The notes below the pieces were generated by a model that was not told the origin of the DNA, made no database searches, and was given only the letters and a program-made list of their open reading frames with translations. The position numbers and the translations under genes are program-made. Shown one piece after another: positions 1 through 8,866 of a DNA stretch of 32,000 nucleotides. How positions within the stretch are numbered: position 1 is the first letter of the stretch; every line of letters starts with the position of its first letter. Source of the stretch: Demequinaceae bacterium. Its GTDB lineage: Bacteria > Actinomycetota > Actinomycetes > Actinomycetales > Demequinaceae. The stretch is taken from positions 990,001 to 1,022,000 of the forward strand of contig OZ252279.1 of the NCBI GenBank assembly GCA_965250005.1. The letters run 5' to 3'.

Positions 1-705
1 CCAGCGATCTGGCCGGGAAATGCCACTCAGAACTCGCAGGTTCTTGGCAACGGCAAGTGCGTGGCGGTCGATAAGCGCGGGCGGAACAGCCCCTTTGAGG
101 CCTGCCCGCGCGAGGGCCGCGATTCCCGGGGCCTCGTCGAGCATCCCGAGCGCCTGTCCCACGGCGCCGCCGTAAGTATCGATGTCCACTAGCACCACGT
201 CCACGCCGTTTGCGGCAGCCTCGGCAGCGAGATTGACGGCAAGCGTGGTGCGCCCGGGGGCTCCGGTCGGGCCCCACACCGCCACGATTGAACCCGCATG
301 GTCATCGGCCGTAGGGTCGGCCGCATCCGGCTCGGCGACAGTTCCCGCAACCGGGCCCGCGACGGCGAGCATGCCCGCGACGCCGCGCGCGATCGTTTGC
401 GCATCGACGTCGCGATCGAATACGAGCGAGATTCCCAATGCCTGTAGGGCCACATAGTCGTCGGTCGACGTAGAGACGCCTGCCACCGCCACTCCTGCCT
501 TCATCAACCGCTTGACCACGCTCCGGTCAAGCTGAGACTGTTCCGAAACCACGGCAATAGCACCAACTCCTGCTTCTGCTGCCGCGACCGCTTCAGCGAG
601 ATCCGCGCATCGGCGCGCTACGGCGATCGACGCCTGGGAGTCGATCGCTGCCGCGATCTCAGCCTCTCTGTCGCCCCGAACCGCGAGGATGACTCCGCTC
701 TTCAC
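1..705 (-). CDS. Flp/Tad pilus assembly CpaE-like / ParA-MinD-type ATPase (C-terminus runs off window start)
   Basis: Minus-strand reading from GTG at 705 gives MKSGVILAVRGDREAEIAAAIDSQ...GSIVAVWGPTGAPGRTTLAVNLAAEAAANGVDVVLVDIDTYGGAVGQALGI.... This has a deviant Walker A (GPTGAPGRTT) and a VLVDID motif. GTGA overlap with the stop of the upstream SAF gene. Confidence 0.8.
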   Translation of the reverse strand, partial: MKSGVILAVRGDREAEIAAAIDSQASIAVARRCADLAEAVAAAEAGVGAIAVVSEQSQLDRSVVKRLMKAGVAVAGVSTSTDDYVALQALGISLVFDRDVDAQTIARGVAGMLAVAGPVAGTVAEPDAADPTADDHAGSIVAVWGPTGAPGRTTLAVNLAAEAAANGVDVVLVDIDTYGGAVGQALGMLDEAPGIAALARAGLKGAVPPALIDRHALAVAKNLRVLSGISRPDRW

Positions 706-1331
706 GACGTCGCACTTCCTGCAATTCCCACGACCGTGACTTCCCCCTCGCTCGCGAGAGCGGCCAGGAAGTCGCCAACGTCTCGCTTGGGAACCATCAG
801 GTATACGGTCTCGACGGCGCCGCTCGAGAAGGCACCTGCGCGCCGTTCGACCTGGTCGACCACGAGTTCACCCGCAATCAGGACTGACTCCACTTCACCT
901 GAACCCGCGCTCGTAAGCCACACGTCCACGATTGCACCGCGCTCGATTCCTTGCGCCAGCGGGCGCGCCGTGGTCACGGCGATTGGCCGCGCTGCGAACG
1001 AATCAGGCGAGGCCAACGCGCTCGATGGAATCAGTTCGCCTGCCCCAACGACGCGCGTAATAACCATCCCGACAATCGGCTCGCCGAGCATGACGTATTC
1101 GCCAGCGCCAACGCGAACGTGAAGCACAGCCAGATGGTCCTCGGTGATCACAGTTCCAGGGGTCAGCGAGTCTCGCGCCACATACTGCGGATCCGTGCGG
1201 TCAGCGCCAGAGACAATTGATGCAGTCGCCATTACGGACACCGCGATGAGCACCAAGCCAATGAGTAGGCGCGGGTCTTTCCACCCGGGCCGCTGGAGCC
1301 TGCCGGCGATTGGTCGCTGCTCTGCGTCCAC
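702..1331 (-). CDS. SAF domain protein, CpaB/RcpC-like Flp pilus assembly
   Basis: Single N-terminal TM then YVARDSLTPGTVITEDHLAVLHVRVG, a SAF-type pattern. GTG start at 1331 is chosen over the ORF-track ATG at 1406 because AGGGAGG lies 5 nt upstream. Confidence 0.75.
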   Translation of the reverse strand: MDAEQRPIAGRLQRPGWKDPRLLIGLVLIAVSVMATASIVSGADRTDPQYVARDSLTPGTVITEDHLAVLHVRVGAGEYVMLGEPIVGMVITRVVGAGELIPSSALASPDSFAARPIAVTTARPLAQGIERGAIVDVWLTSAGSGEVESVLIAGELVVDQVERRAGAFSSGAVETVYLMVPKRDVGDFLAALASEGEVTVVGIAGSATS

Positions 1332-1438
1332 GTTGCCCTCCCTATTGCTGTGCGCCCATCCTGCCCGAGGTTGCGCTACCTCGCCACCGGAGTGTGGATA
1401 ACCCATGCCAGGGCGAGGCCGCGTGCGAGAATGGTGGC

Positions 1439-1684
1439 ATGTCGTCGCGCTTTCTCACCCTCGCCGACGTCCAGGAAGTCCTGAACGTCAACTCACAGCA
1501 GGCTTACTCGCTAGTGCGTTCTGGAGACCTCCCCGCGATTCAAGTGGGAGGCCGCGGCCAATGGCGAGTCGAGGGGGTCGAACTCGAGGCCTACATCCAG
1601 CGACAGTATGAACTCACGCGCGCACGCGCGGCGCGCGGCCGGTCAAGCGCGACCACTCGCGCCCAGTCATCTAAACGGAAGTGA
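1439..1684 (+). CDS. Small helix-turn-helix (excisionase/BldC-like) DNA-binding protein
   Basis: MSSRFLTLADVQEVLNVNSQQAYSLVRSGDLPAIQVGGRGQWRVEGVELEAYIQRQYE matches the excisionase-type winged HTH pattern. The start is internal to ORF 1310..1684. Confidence 0.8.
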   Translation: MSSRFLTLADVQEVLNVNSQQAYSLVRSGDLPAIQVGGRGQWRVEGVELEAYIQRQYELTRARAARGRSSATTRAQSSKRK

Positions 1685-2180
1685 CGCGCCGCACCTGAGA
1701 GAACGGAACGGCTACAGGATCCGCACCTTCCGTCTCCAGGTCCAGGTGGTCCGCTCCAACGCGGCCTACCCTTCCCCTCAGCTCCCCGCCCCCGGTCAGG
1801 ATTGTGACGCGGGCACGATCCCGCGCGAGAGCCCTGAGCGCGTGGCCGAGCGTCAGCCTGGCTGCGACCTCCCCCACTTGCGCCGCGCGGGCGGAAACGC
1901 CTCTCGCAGAAGCGATCGCGGCAACGGGAATCAGATGCTGCCGCGGACCATCATTGACGAGAACCCATTGCGCAGTGGCGTCAACGACGGTGCCGGATGT
2001 CAGCTCCCCACCTTCCAACACCAGCACCACCTGTGCTCCAAGCGAGGCGGCGAGGCGCGCGGCCAGCGTGATCGACGCGCGCTCTGCTGTAGTGAGCTCG
2101 GCAACCGAAGCTTCAAACTCTGCGGAATGGGCAGCCGCTAGCTGACCCTCGAGGTCATTGAACAATTCGATCCACCGCAT
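1671..2180 (-). CDS. Conserved hypothetical with two tandem Sm/SH3-like barrel segments
   Basis: 169-aa ORF. Two alignable segments: QVVLVLEGGELTSGTVVDATAQWVLVNDGPRQHLIPVAAIASARG and RVTILTGGGELRGRVGRVGADHLDLETEGADPVAVPFSQVRRVTS. Confidence 0.7.
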   Translation of the reverse strand: MRWIELFNDLEGQLAAAHSAEFEASVAELTTAERASITLAARLAASLGAQVVLVLEGGELTSGTVVDATAQWVLVNDGPRQHLIPVAAIASARGVSARAAQVGEVAARLTLGHALRALARDRARVTILTGGGELRGRVGRVGADHLDLETEGADPVAVPFSQVRRVTSV

Positions 2181-2226
2181 GGAGACACGCTACGGCACTT
2201 GGGTTTTCCACAGGTACCTCTCAACG

Positions 2227-2253
2227 TTGGACTTTCCGGGCACCACGTATACT
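2227..2253 (+). promoter_or_regulatory. Promoter-like element (TTGGAC, 15-nt spacer, TATACT) upstream of LysM gene
   Basis: TTGGAC at 2227-2232 and TATACT at 2248-2253; the spacer is short. Confidence 0.4.
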
Positions 2254-2263
2254 ATCGAAATCT

Positions 2264-2293
2264 ATCAAACAGCATCAAACAACATCTAAAGCA
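2264..2293 (+). repeat. Three tandem 10-bp units atcaaacagc / atcaaacaac / atctaaagca
   Basis: Direct reading. Units 1 and 2 differ at one base; unit 3 is degenerate. Confidence 0.7.
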
Positions 2294-2319
2294 GGCGAGT
2301 GCCAACTCAAGGAGGAGTC

Positions 2320-2994
2320 GTGACTAGAACAAACGCACGCATCGCGGTTGTGAGCATGCCCCTGGCCGCGATTCTGCTCGCCCTACTGGGCGCAACCGAG
2401 ATACCCGAACTCGCACGCGGCCGCCAATCTGTCGACATGGTGGCGGCTATCGCGATCGGCACCATCGGATTCACCGCCGCCGTCTACCTTTCGCTTGGCG
2501 CACTCGCACTGATCGGCGCGAAGACTCGGCATACACGCCGCGTCGTTCGACGTTTCATGCCAGCTGGCTGGCGGTCGCTGGTGGCCATGGCGATCGGCGC
2601 GAGCATTGGCATTGCTGGGGCGTCAACCGCCTCAGCGGACGGTACGTCACCCGGCTGGGCAGGCGGCTCCGGAACCGACGCACCCAAAGACGTTGCCCCT
2701 GAGCTTGACGCGAACTCACCAAGTGCACCAATCGCCGCGACACCACAGGGGCCCGCGGATGCGCCCGACGCATCGCGGTCAGAATCCGAAGGGAAGCCCG
2801 CTCCACACACGGTGGTCCGCGGCGAATCTCTGTGGTGCATTGCCAGCGGACTTCTCCCTCACTCGGCGACAGATGCGCAAATCACTGCGACTTGGCGTGC
2901 CATCTACCGCCTCAATCGCGGCGTCATCGGACCGGATCCAGGCCTCATCCAACCCGGCCAAAAACTCACTCTGCCGAAGGGAAGTACGCCATGA
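2320..2994 (+). CDS. Membrane protein with C-terminal LysM peptidoglycan-binding domain
   Basis: GTG at 2320 with GGAGGA SD at 2311. Two TM segments, then HTVVRGESLWCIASGLLP...IYRLNRGVIGPDPGLIQPGQKLTLP, a LysM pattern. Confidence 0.85.
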   Translation: MTRTNARIAVVSMPLAAILLALLGATEIPELARGRQSVDMVAAIAIGTIGFTAAVYLSLGALALIGAKTRHTRRVVRRFMPAGWRSLVAMAIGASIGIAGASTASADGTSPGWAGGSGTDAPKDVAPELDANSPSAPIAATPQGPADAPDASRSESEGKPAPHTVVRGESLWCIASGLLPHSATDAQITATWRAIYRLNRGVIGPDPGLIQPGQKLTLPKGSTP

Positions 2995-3410
2995 CCGCAG
3001 TGCTCACCGACGCCCCCGAGACCCAGGCGACCGCACGCATCGTGCTCTCGCGTGTCCGCAACCCATACGCGCGCAAACGCAAATTACTTGGCGATCCCAC
3101 CCCGCTCGCTTGCACGATCGCAAAAACCTCAGTCGAGATCGTCCTTGGCCAGAGCGGGCTTGAGCAGCTAGCTCGATGGGTCACACCAGATATCCGCGTC
3201 GCGCTTGCCGAGCAACACGGACTTGCACGCCGCGCTGGGCTCGCAACGCCGGGGCCTGTCGCGATCCAACGTATTCGCGTCTGCAGAGTAAGCGACGTTG
3301 CAGCAGAAGTAAGCGTGGTCGTCGACGACGGAAAACACGTGCGCGCCGTCGCTGCTCGCTTCGAAGACGTGGGCGGGCGCTGGCAGGCGACCGCCCTCGA
3401 GATTGGCTAG
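2991..3410 (+). CDS. Rv3235 family protein
   Basis: ATG at 2991 in ATGA overlap with the upstream stop. MTAVLTDAPETQATARIVLSRVRNP...LARWVTPDIRVALAEQ. Small protein next to secA. Confidence 0.7.
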   Translation: MTAVLTDAPETQATARIVLSRVRNPYARKRKLLGDPTPLACTIAKTSVEIVLGQSGLEQLARWVTPDIRVALAEQHGLARRAGLATPGPVAIQRIRVCRVSDVAAEVSVVVDDGKHVRAVAARFEDVGGRWQATALEIG

Positions 3411-3414
3411 CGCT

Positions 3415-6249
3415 CTACTTCTCGTTCTTGCCGTGGCAGAGTTTGTATTTCTTACCGGAGCCGCACGGGCACGGCGCATTTCGCACGGCGCCGGGGAACA
3501 CCTGGCCGTCGTCCGCAGCCTTGTGGCGCGTCGCCGCGGCGGCCTTCTTCTTCTTCGGTGCGGTGCCCGGTTCCGACGGACCCGAATAGCTCAAGTTTTG
3601 CTTGAGGTTGACGTTCCGGCCTCCGCCGGTCGAGGTCTGCGCCGAGGCCACAGGCGCGCGCCCCTTCTTCTGAGTCTTCGCCGCAGCCGCCGCGACCGTT
3701 GCCGCTGACGACGCCGAAATGGTTGTGCCCTGCGGCTGCTGGCCCGGAGGCGGGCCCTCGCGCTTCTCGATCCTGAACAAAATCTGGATGCTCGCTTCCT
3801 TCACCTGGTCGCTGAGCGCCTCGAACAGCTGGAAGCCCTCGCGCTGGTACTCCATGAGCGGGTCGCGCTGGCCCATGGCGCGCAGGCCGATGCCCTCGCG
3901 CAGGTAGTCCATCTCGTACAGGTGCTCACGCCACTTGGAGTCCAATACCTGCAGCACCACTTGGCGCTCCACCACGCGCATGGTGGTCTCGCTCAGGCGA
4001 TTCTCTGCCTCGGCGTAGCGCAGGTGTGCGTCTGACTGCCACTCGCGGGTCAGGAAGTCCCCGCTGAGGGCGTGCAGGCCACCGGCCTCCTCGACCAACT
4101 CTTCGGGCTTGACTGTCAACGGAATGAACTGGAAGAGCTCCTTGTGGAGCCCCTCCAAGTCCCAGTCGTCAGGGGCCCCCACGGCTGTCGCGGCAAACAC
4201 GTGGTCGCGGATCACGTCGTCAACGAAGCCAGCGATCTGCTCGTGGAAATCCTCGCCGTCAAGAACCCTGCGGCGCTCGGAGTAGATCACTCCGCGCTGG
4301 CTGGACATGATGTCGTCATATTTGAGGATGTTCTTGCGCGCCTCGTAGTTGCGGCCCTCGATCTGGGCCTGCGCGCTGCGCACGCCGCGCGTCAGCACCT
4401 TGGACTCGATGGGCATGTCGTCGGGGAACGCGCTGGAGTTCATCATGGTCGCGGCAAGGCCGGACTGGAACATGCGCATCAGGTCGTCTTGCAGCGACAG
4501 GTAGAAGCGGGACTCGCCCGGGTCGCCCTGGCGGCCGGAGCGTCCGCGTAGCTGGTTGTCGATGCGGCGCGATTCGTGACGCTCGGTGCCGAGCACGTAC
4601 AGCCCGCCCGCTTCGAGAACCTCAGCGTGCTCCTTGATGACGGCTTCCTGCTCCGACTCCAGCACCTTGTCCCACTGAGCCTCGTACTTCTCCGGCTCGT
4701 CGTGCGGGTTGATGCCCTTCTTGGCTAATACTTCGACCGCGCGGAATTCTGGGTTGCCGCCGAGCATGATGTCGGTGCCGCGGCCCGCCATGTTGGTGGC
4801 GACGGTGACGGCGCCCTTGCGGCCCGCCTCCGCCACGACAGCGGCCTCGCGTTCATGCTGCTTGGCGTTGAGCACCTCGTGCTTGATGCCGTTTTTCTTG
4901 AGTTCCTTGGACAGGCGCTCCGACTTCTCGACGGAGGTGGTTCCCACGAGCACCGGCTGACCAGCCTTGTTGCGGCCCAGGATGTCCTCAACGATCGCAT
5001 CGAACTTGGCCTGCTCGTTCTTGTAAAGCAGGTCAGCCTGGTCGATCCGAATCATCGGCTGGTTGGTGGGGATGGGGAGCACGCCCAACTTGTACGTCGC
5101 GCCGAGCTCCGACGCCTCCGTCTGTGCCGTACCCGTCATGCCCGCGAGCGTCGCGTACTGGCGGAAATAATTCTGCAGTGTGATCGATGCGTAGGTCTGA
5201 TTCTCCGCCTTGACCGGCACGCCCTCCTTGGCCTCGATGGCTTGGTGCAGGCCCTCCGAGTAGCGTCGTCCCTTGAGCAGGCGGCCCGTGTGCTCGTCAA
5301 CGATGTCGACGTCGCCGTTCTGGACCACGTAGTCGCGATCTCGTCGGAATAGCTCCTTTGCGCGGACGGCATTGTTGAGGAATCCGATGAGCGGCGTATT
5401 CTCCGACTCGTAGAGGTTGTCGACGCCGATGGCCTTCTCAACCTTGTCGATGCCCGGCTCGAGAATGCCGATGGTGCGCTTCTTCTCGTCCGCCTCGTAG
5501 TCCTCGTCCGCGACCAGCTGCTTGGCGATGCGGGCAAACTCGGCATACCAACGGTTATTGTCGCCGGCCGCAGGGCCAGAGATCACGAGCGGCGTGCGTG
5601 CCTCGTCAATGAGGATCGAGTCGACCTCATCCACGATCGCGTAATTGTGGCCGCGCTGGACAAGATCCTCGACGCGGTGCGCCATGTTGTCGCGCAGGTA
5701 GTCAAACCCAAACTCGTTGTTAGTTCCATACGTGATGTCGGCCTCGTACTGAACCCTCCGCGCCTCTGGGGACATGCCGCTCAGGATGCAGCCGGTCTCC
5801 ATGCCAAGGAAGCGGAATACTCGCCCCATCAGGTCGGACTGGTAGTGAGCGAGGTAGTCGTTCACCGTGACGATGTGCACGCCCTTGCCCTCGAGGGCCG
5901 CCAAATATGCCGGCAGCGTCGCTACGAGCGTCTTGCCCTCACCTGTCTTCATCTCTGCGACGTTGCCGGCAAACAGCGCAGCGCCACCCATGAGCTGGAC
6001 GTCGAAGTGGCGCAGGCCAAGCGTGCGAACGCTCGCCTCACGTACCGCTGCGAACGCCTCGGGCATGACGGAGTTCAGCGATTCGCCGCCTGCGACGCGC
6101 GCGCGGAAATCGTCAGTGAGGGCGCGCAAATCCGCGTCACTCATCTCTTCGTATACAGACTCGAGGCCGTTGGCTACGCGTGCAACCTTTGCGAGGGCAC
6201 GCAACTGGCGACCCTCACCAATGCGCACGATGCGATCAAGCATGGACAC
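3415..6249 (-). CDS. secA: Preprotein translocase ATPase subunit SecA
   Basis: 944 aa. Contains [30 protein letters not shown], and C-terminal SEC-C zinc motif [15 protein letters not shown]. Confidence 0.99.
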   Translation of the reverse strand: MSMLDRIVRIGEGRQLRALAKVARVANGLESVYEEMSDADLRALTDDFRARVAGGESLNSVMPEAFAAVREASVRTLGLRHFDVQLMGGAALFAGNVAEMKTGEGKTLVATLPAYLAALEGKGVHIVTVNDYLAHYQSDLMGRVFRFLGMETGCILSGMSPEARRVQYEADITYGTNNEFGFDYLRDNMAHRVEDLVQRGHNYAIVDEVDSILIDEARTPLVISGPAAGDNNRWYAEFARIAKQLVADEDYEADEKKRTIGILEPGIDKVEKAIGVDNLYESENTPLIGFLNNAVRAKELFRRDRDYVVQNGDVDIVDEHTGRLLKGRRYSEGLHQAIEAKEGVPVKAENQTYASITLQNYFRQYATLAGMTGTAQTEASELGATYKLGVLPIPTNQPMIRIDQADLLYKNEQAKFDAIVEDILGRNKAGQPVLVGTTSVEKSERLSKELKKNGIKHEVLNAKQHEREAAVVAEAGRKGAVTVATNMAGRGTDIMLGGNPEFRAVEVLAKKGINPHDEPEKYEAQWDKVLESEQEAVIKEHAEVLEAGGLYVLGTERHESRRIDNQLRGRSGRQGDPGESRFYLSLQDDLMRMFQSGLAATMMNSSAFPDDMPIESKVLTRGVRSAQAQIEGRNYEARKNILKYDDIMSSQRGVIYSERRRVLDGEDFHEQIAGFVDDVIRDHVFAATAVGAPDDWDLEGLHKELFQFIPLTVKPEELVEEAGGLHALSGDFLTREWQSDAHLRYAEAENRLSETTMRVVERQVVLQVLDSKWREHLYEMDYLREGIGLRAMGQRDPLMEYQREGFQLFEALSDQVKEASIQILFRIEKREGPPPGQQPQGTTISASSAATVAAAAAKTQKKGRAPVASAQTSTGGGRNVNLKQNLSYSGPSEPGTAPKKKKAAAATRHKAADDGQVFPGAVRNAPCPCGSGKKYKLCHGKNEK

Positions 6250-6307
6250 GTGTATCTCCTGACGTCAGACCTGGTTCGGCAACTATCGTAGGCGCTCGCG
6301 CCGGGTC

Positions 6308-7225
6308 TCACCGTTCATCTCGCTGAGGGCGCAAGATCAGCACCGCAATACCGAGCAGCGCGCCGCCCGCGATTCCGGTTGGCCCCAGCCGTTCCGCCAG
6401 CACGATCGCTCCAAGAATGGCGGCGACCAATGGCTCGAGAAGCGTGACGACGGTCGCCACCGTCGGTGTAACCGTCCGCAAGCCCGAGAGGAAGAAGACA
6501 TATGCCAACGCCGTCACCACAACGCCGAGCACAGCCACCAAAGCCCAGCCGGTCGCATCGGACGGGACCCCGATTCCCGCAAAGAAAGCAAACGGAACCA
6601 GCATGAGACCGCCGGCGGTGAATGCGGTACCGGTGAGCAGAACTGGCGGCAGACCGGGCAGCGCGCGTTTGTTCACTATCGTGATCCCCGCGAACGCGAA
6701 GCCCGTGACCAGCGCAAGCGCAGCCCCCACCAGTCCGTTGCGCCCAGAATCTAGCGAACCGCTCATGAGGAGGAAGAGGCCACTGAGCGCCAGCCCTAGC
6801 GCGACAAGCAACTGCGGGGCAGGCCGCCCGCGCTCGCGCGCCCATGTGTAGGCGGCGACCATGACGGGCGTCGAACCAATCGCGATCAGCGTCGCGAACC
6901 CCACGGACGTGAGGTTGATCGCCGCGAAATACGTTCCCTCAAACAGGGCCGTGAACGCGCCCGTAATCAGGATGCGACGCCACCACTCTGGCTTGATCGA
7001 TGTGACGGGCAATGAACGCCGAATGGCAAGCCAACCGATCAAGACGAGCCCGCCCACGCCCAGCCGCAACATGGCGACCGACAGCGGTTCGAGGCTCGAA
7101 TGATCGCCGAGGAGTTTGCCGACTAGACCACCGGTGCCCCAGAGAGTCGCTGCGGCAAGGACGAATGCGAAGTCGCGGGGACTGCCGGTCGCGCTCGCCG
7201 TGCCAACGGCGGAGTTCTTCTTCAG
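6308..7225 (-). CDS. EamA/DMT family transporter; N-terminus extended to a probable CTG start
   Basis: ORF track gives ATG at 7072, but the open frame continues upstream and encodes the first TM segment (RDFAFVLAAATLWGTGGLVGKLL). No ATG/GTG/TTG lies between 7072 and the upstream in-frame stop. CTG at 7223-7225 overlaps the hpf TGA as CTGA. Confidence 0.8.
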   Translation of the reverse strand: MKKNSAVGTASATGSPRDFAFVLAAATLWGTGGLVGKLLGDHSSLEPLSVAMLRLGVGGLVLIGWLAIRRSLPVTSIKPEWWRRILITGAFTALFEGTYFAAINLTSVGFATLIAIGSTPVMVAAYTWARERGRPAPQLLVALGLALSGLFLLMSGSLDSGRNGLVGAALALVTGFAFAGITIVNKRALPGLPPVLLTGTAFTAGGLMLVPFAFFAGIGVPSDATGWALVAVLGVVVTALAYVFFLSGLRTVTPTVATVVTLLEPLVAAILGAIVLAERLGPTGIAGGALLGIAVLILRPQRDER

Positions 7226-7905
7226 GCGCTTGCCCTCAGTTCTCCGTCTTCGGTGTCAATCGCGGTGGGCTTGGCTGGCGCGGCATCCAAGTGGATCACG
7301 CCATAGGTCCAGCCGCGACGGCGATACACGGCAGATGGCAGCCCGGTCTCCGCATCGTGGAAAAGGTAGAAGTCGTGCCCGACCAACTCCATCTGGTCGA
7401 TCGCTTCAGAAATGCTCATGGGCGCCCCCTCGTGGATCTTGGAGCGGATGACAATGGGGGTCCCAGCGAGTGGAATCTCGCGCGTGTGGTCGTCGGGCGC
7501 GCCTTCCCATGCCTCGACACTCACTACCTCAGGTTCAGTCGCCTCGAGCTCGACAAATACGTCGGGCGCGGGATTGACGCGGGACACACCCTTGCCGCGA
7601 TGGCGGCTGATCTTGCGTTCATGCTGCTTCCGCAGCCTCTCGACCAGGCGGAGCGCTGCGGCGTCCAGCGCCTCGGTGCGGTCGGCAGCTGTCGCCTCCG
7701 CGCGAATGACGGGCCCGCGACTACGGACGGTGAGCTCGACGCGCTCGCGCTCCTCCACACGGCGAGCATTGCGCTCGTGCACTACCTGTACGTCGATACG
7801 TGTGGCCTTGGGGTCAAGAGACTCGACTTTGTCGAGCTTCTCGGCAATCCGCTCCCGGAACTCTTCGCTGACCTTGGTGTGGCGTCCAACGATGGCGATC
7901 TCCAT
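7222..7905 (-). CDS. hpf: Ribosome hibernation-promoting factor, long form
   Basis: MEIAIVGRHTKVSEEFRERIAEKLDKVE N-domain and C-domain ...SISEAIDQMELVGHDFYLFHDAETGLPSAVYRRRGWTYGVIHL. Confidence 0.95.
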   Translation of the reverse strand: MEIAIVGRHTKVSEEFRERIAEKLDKVESLDPKATRIDVQVVHERNARRVEERERVELTVRSRGPVIRAEATAADRTEALDAAALRLVERLRKQHERKISRHRGKGVSRVNPAPDVFVELEATEPEVVSVEAWEGAPDDHTREIPLAGTPIVIRSKIHEGAPMSISEAIDQMELVGHDFYLFHDAETGLPSAVYRRRGWTYGVIHLDAAPAKPTAIDTEDGELRASA

Positions 7906-7965
7906 GGCGAGTCCTCCTAGATGTGAGTGCAGAACGCGAGCAATCCGCGCTGCATAGTGACGGCG

Positions 7966-7984
7966 TTGGCGCCCTCCGCGCCAA
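7966..7984 (-). promoter_or_regulatory. Perfect 7-bp inverted repeat with 5-nt loop in hpf leader
   Basis: Minus strand TTGGCGC-GGAGG-GCGCCAA. Confidence 0.6.
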
Positions 7985-8066
7985 TGGCGACATCACCTCC
8001 TTGGTTCTCAACGGAGAATAGACACACCTTCTAGTTCCCAGATAACCACAGCCGCCACTCACCGCG

Positions 8067-8798
8067 CTACCGTTCTGTCGCGGCGAGCGTCATCGCGGCC
8101 ACCACCGCGCCGCCCTCGCGCTCAAGCACCTCGACCACAGCAGCGATTGTTGCGCCGGTGGTGAGCACGTCGTCAACCACAACTATCGGGGTCCTCGGCA
8201 CTTGAGCTCCCACGATCACCGCGCCGCTTGCCTGCCTCCACCGTTCGCGAACACCGCCTCCACGGGCCTCTCCGTTGTGCATCGACAGCACTCGCGCGAC
8301 GGAGGCTTCGATTCCGCGAGCTGCAAACCCGCGAGCCGCGCCATCTGCGAGCAACGCAGGCAGGTCTTCGCCCCTGCGGCGGATATTGCGAGGTCGCGAC
8401 GGTGCCGGTATGACGGCAATGCCAGGACCGACAGGCGCAATAGCGGGCTCCAAGAAACTGGCACTCCGCTTCATCGCGTCTGCGAAGAAGGCGTCGAGGT
8501 CTCGGCGCGCGCCGTCCTTCCATGTCGTCAACATGCCGTGGGCGGCTCCCACGAGCGGCGCGATTGACCACACGGGAAGCGGGCCTCGGCCCAGCACGTC
8601 CAATCGGCCGGCGCCCTCTTCGCTACGCCAGGGATCGGACCACCAGACGGCGGCGCACTCCCCGCACCAGCGAACATCCTCCAGACCGCAACCCGCGCAC
8701 TGGACCGGAACTAGCGCACGCGCGGCAGCTACCGCTCTTTGGGTGAAAGGCGGGAGCTCTCCAAGTCTGCGGGCCATGTGCCGACTCTGCTCCTGCAC
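8067..8798 (-). CDS. ComF family phosphoribosyltransferase-like protein
   Basis: CAGCG...CGEC zinc-finger cysteines near the N-terminus; PRPP loop VVVDDVLTTGATI. Confidence 0.9.
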   Translation of the reverse strand: MQEQSRHMARRLGELPPFTQRAVAAARALVPVQCAGCGLEDVRWCGECAAVWWSDPWRSEEGAGRLDVLGRGPLPVWSIAPLVGAAHGMLTTWKDGARRDLDAFFADAMKRSASFLEPAIAPVGPGIAVIPAPSRPRNIRRRGEDLPALLADGAARGFAARGIEASVARVLSMHNGEARGGGVRERWRQASGAVIVGAQVPRTPIVVVDDVLTTGATIAAVVEVLEREGGAVVAAMTLAATER

Positions 8799-8866
8799 AC
8801 CCGACGGCGCGAGTGGCGCGGCGCTCGGAATAGGTCTTGGCCGCCGCCCACCGCCTCGGGACCTCT

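Noticed and set aside
3719-6291. Plus-strand ORFs (4072..4551, 4855..5352, 5647..6291 and others) opposite secA
   Set aside because: All lie inside secA on the other strand with no motif or SD; explained by codon bias.
7992-8002. Plus-strand ATCACCTCCTT, identical to a 16S rRNA 3' tail, considered as an rRNA fragment
   Set aside because: No other 16S sequence flanks it. It is better read as an SD-like sequence on the hpf strand.
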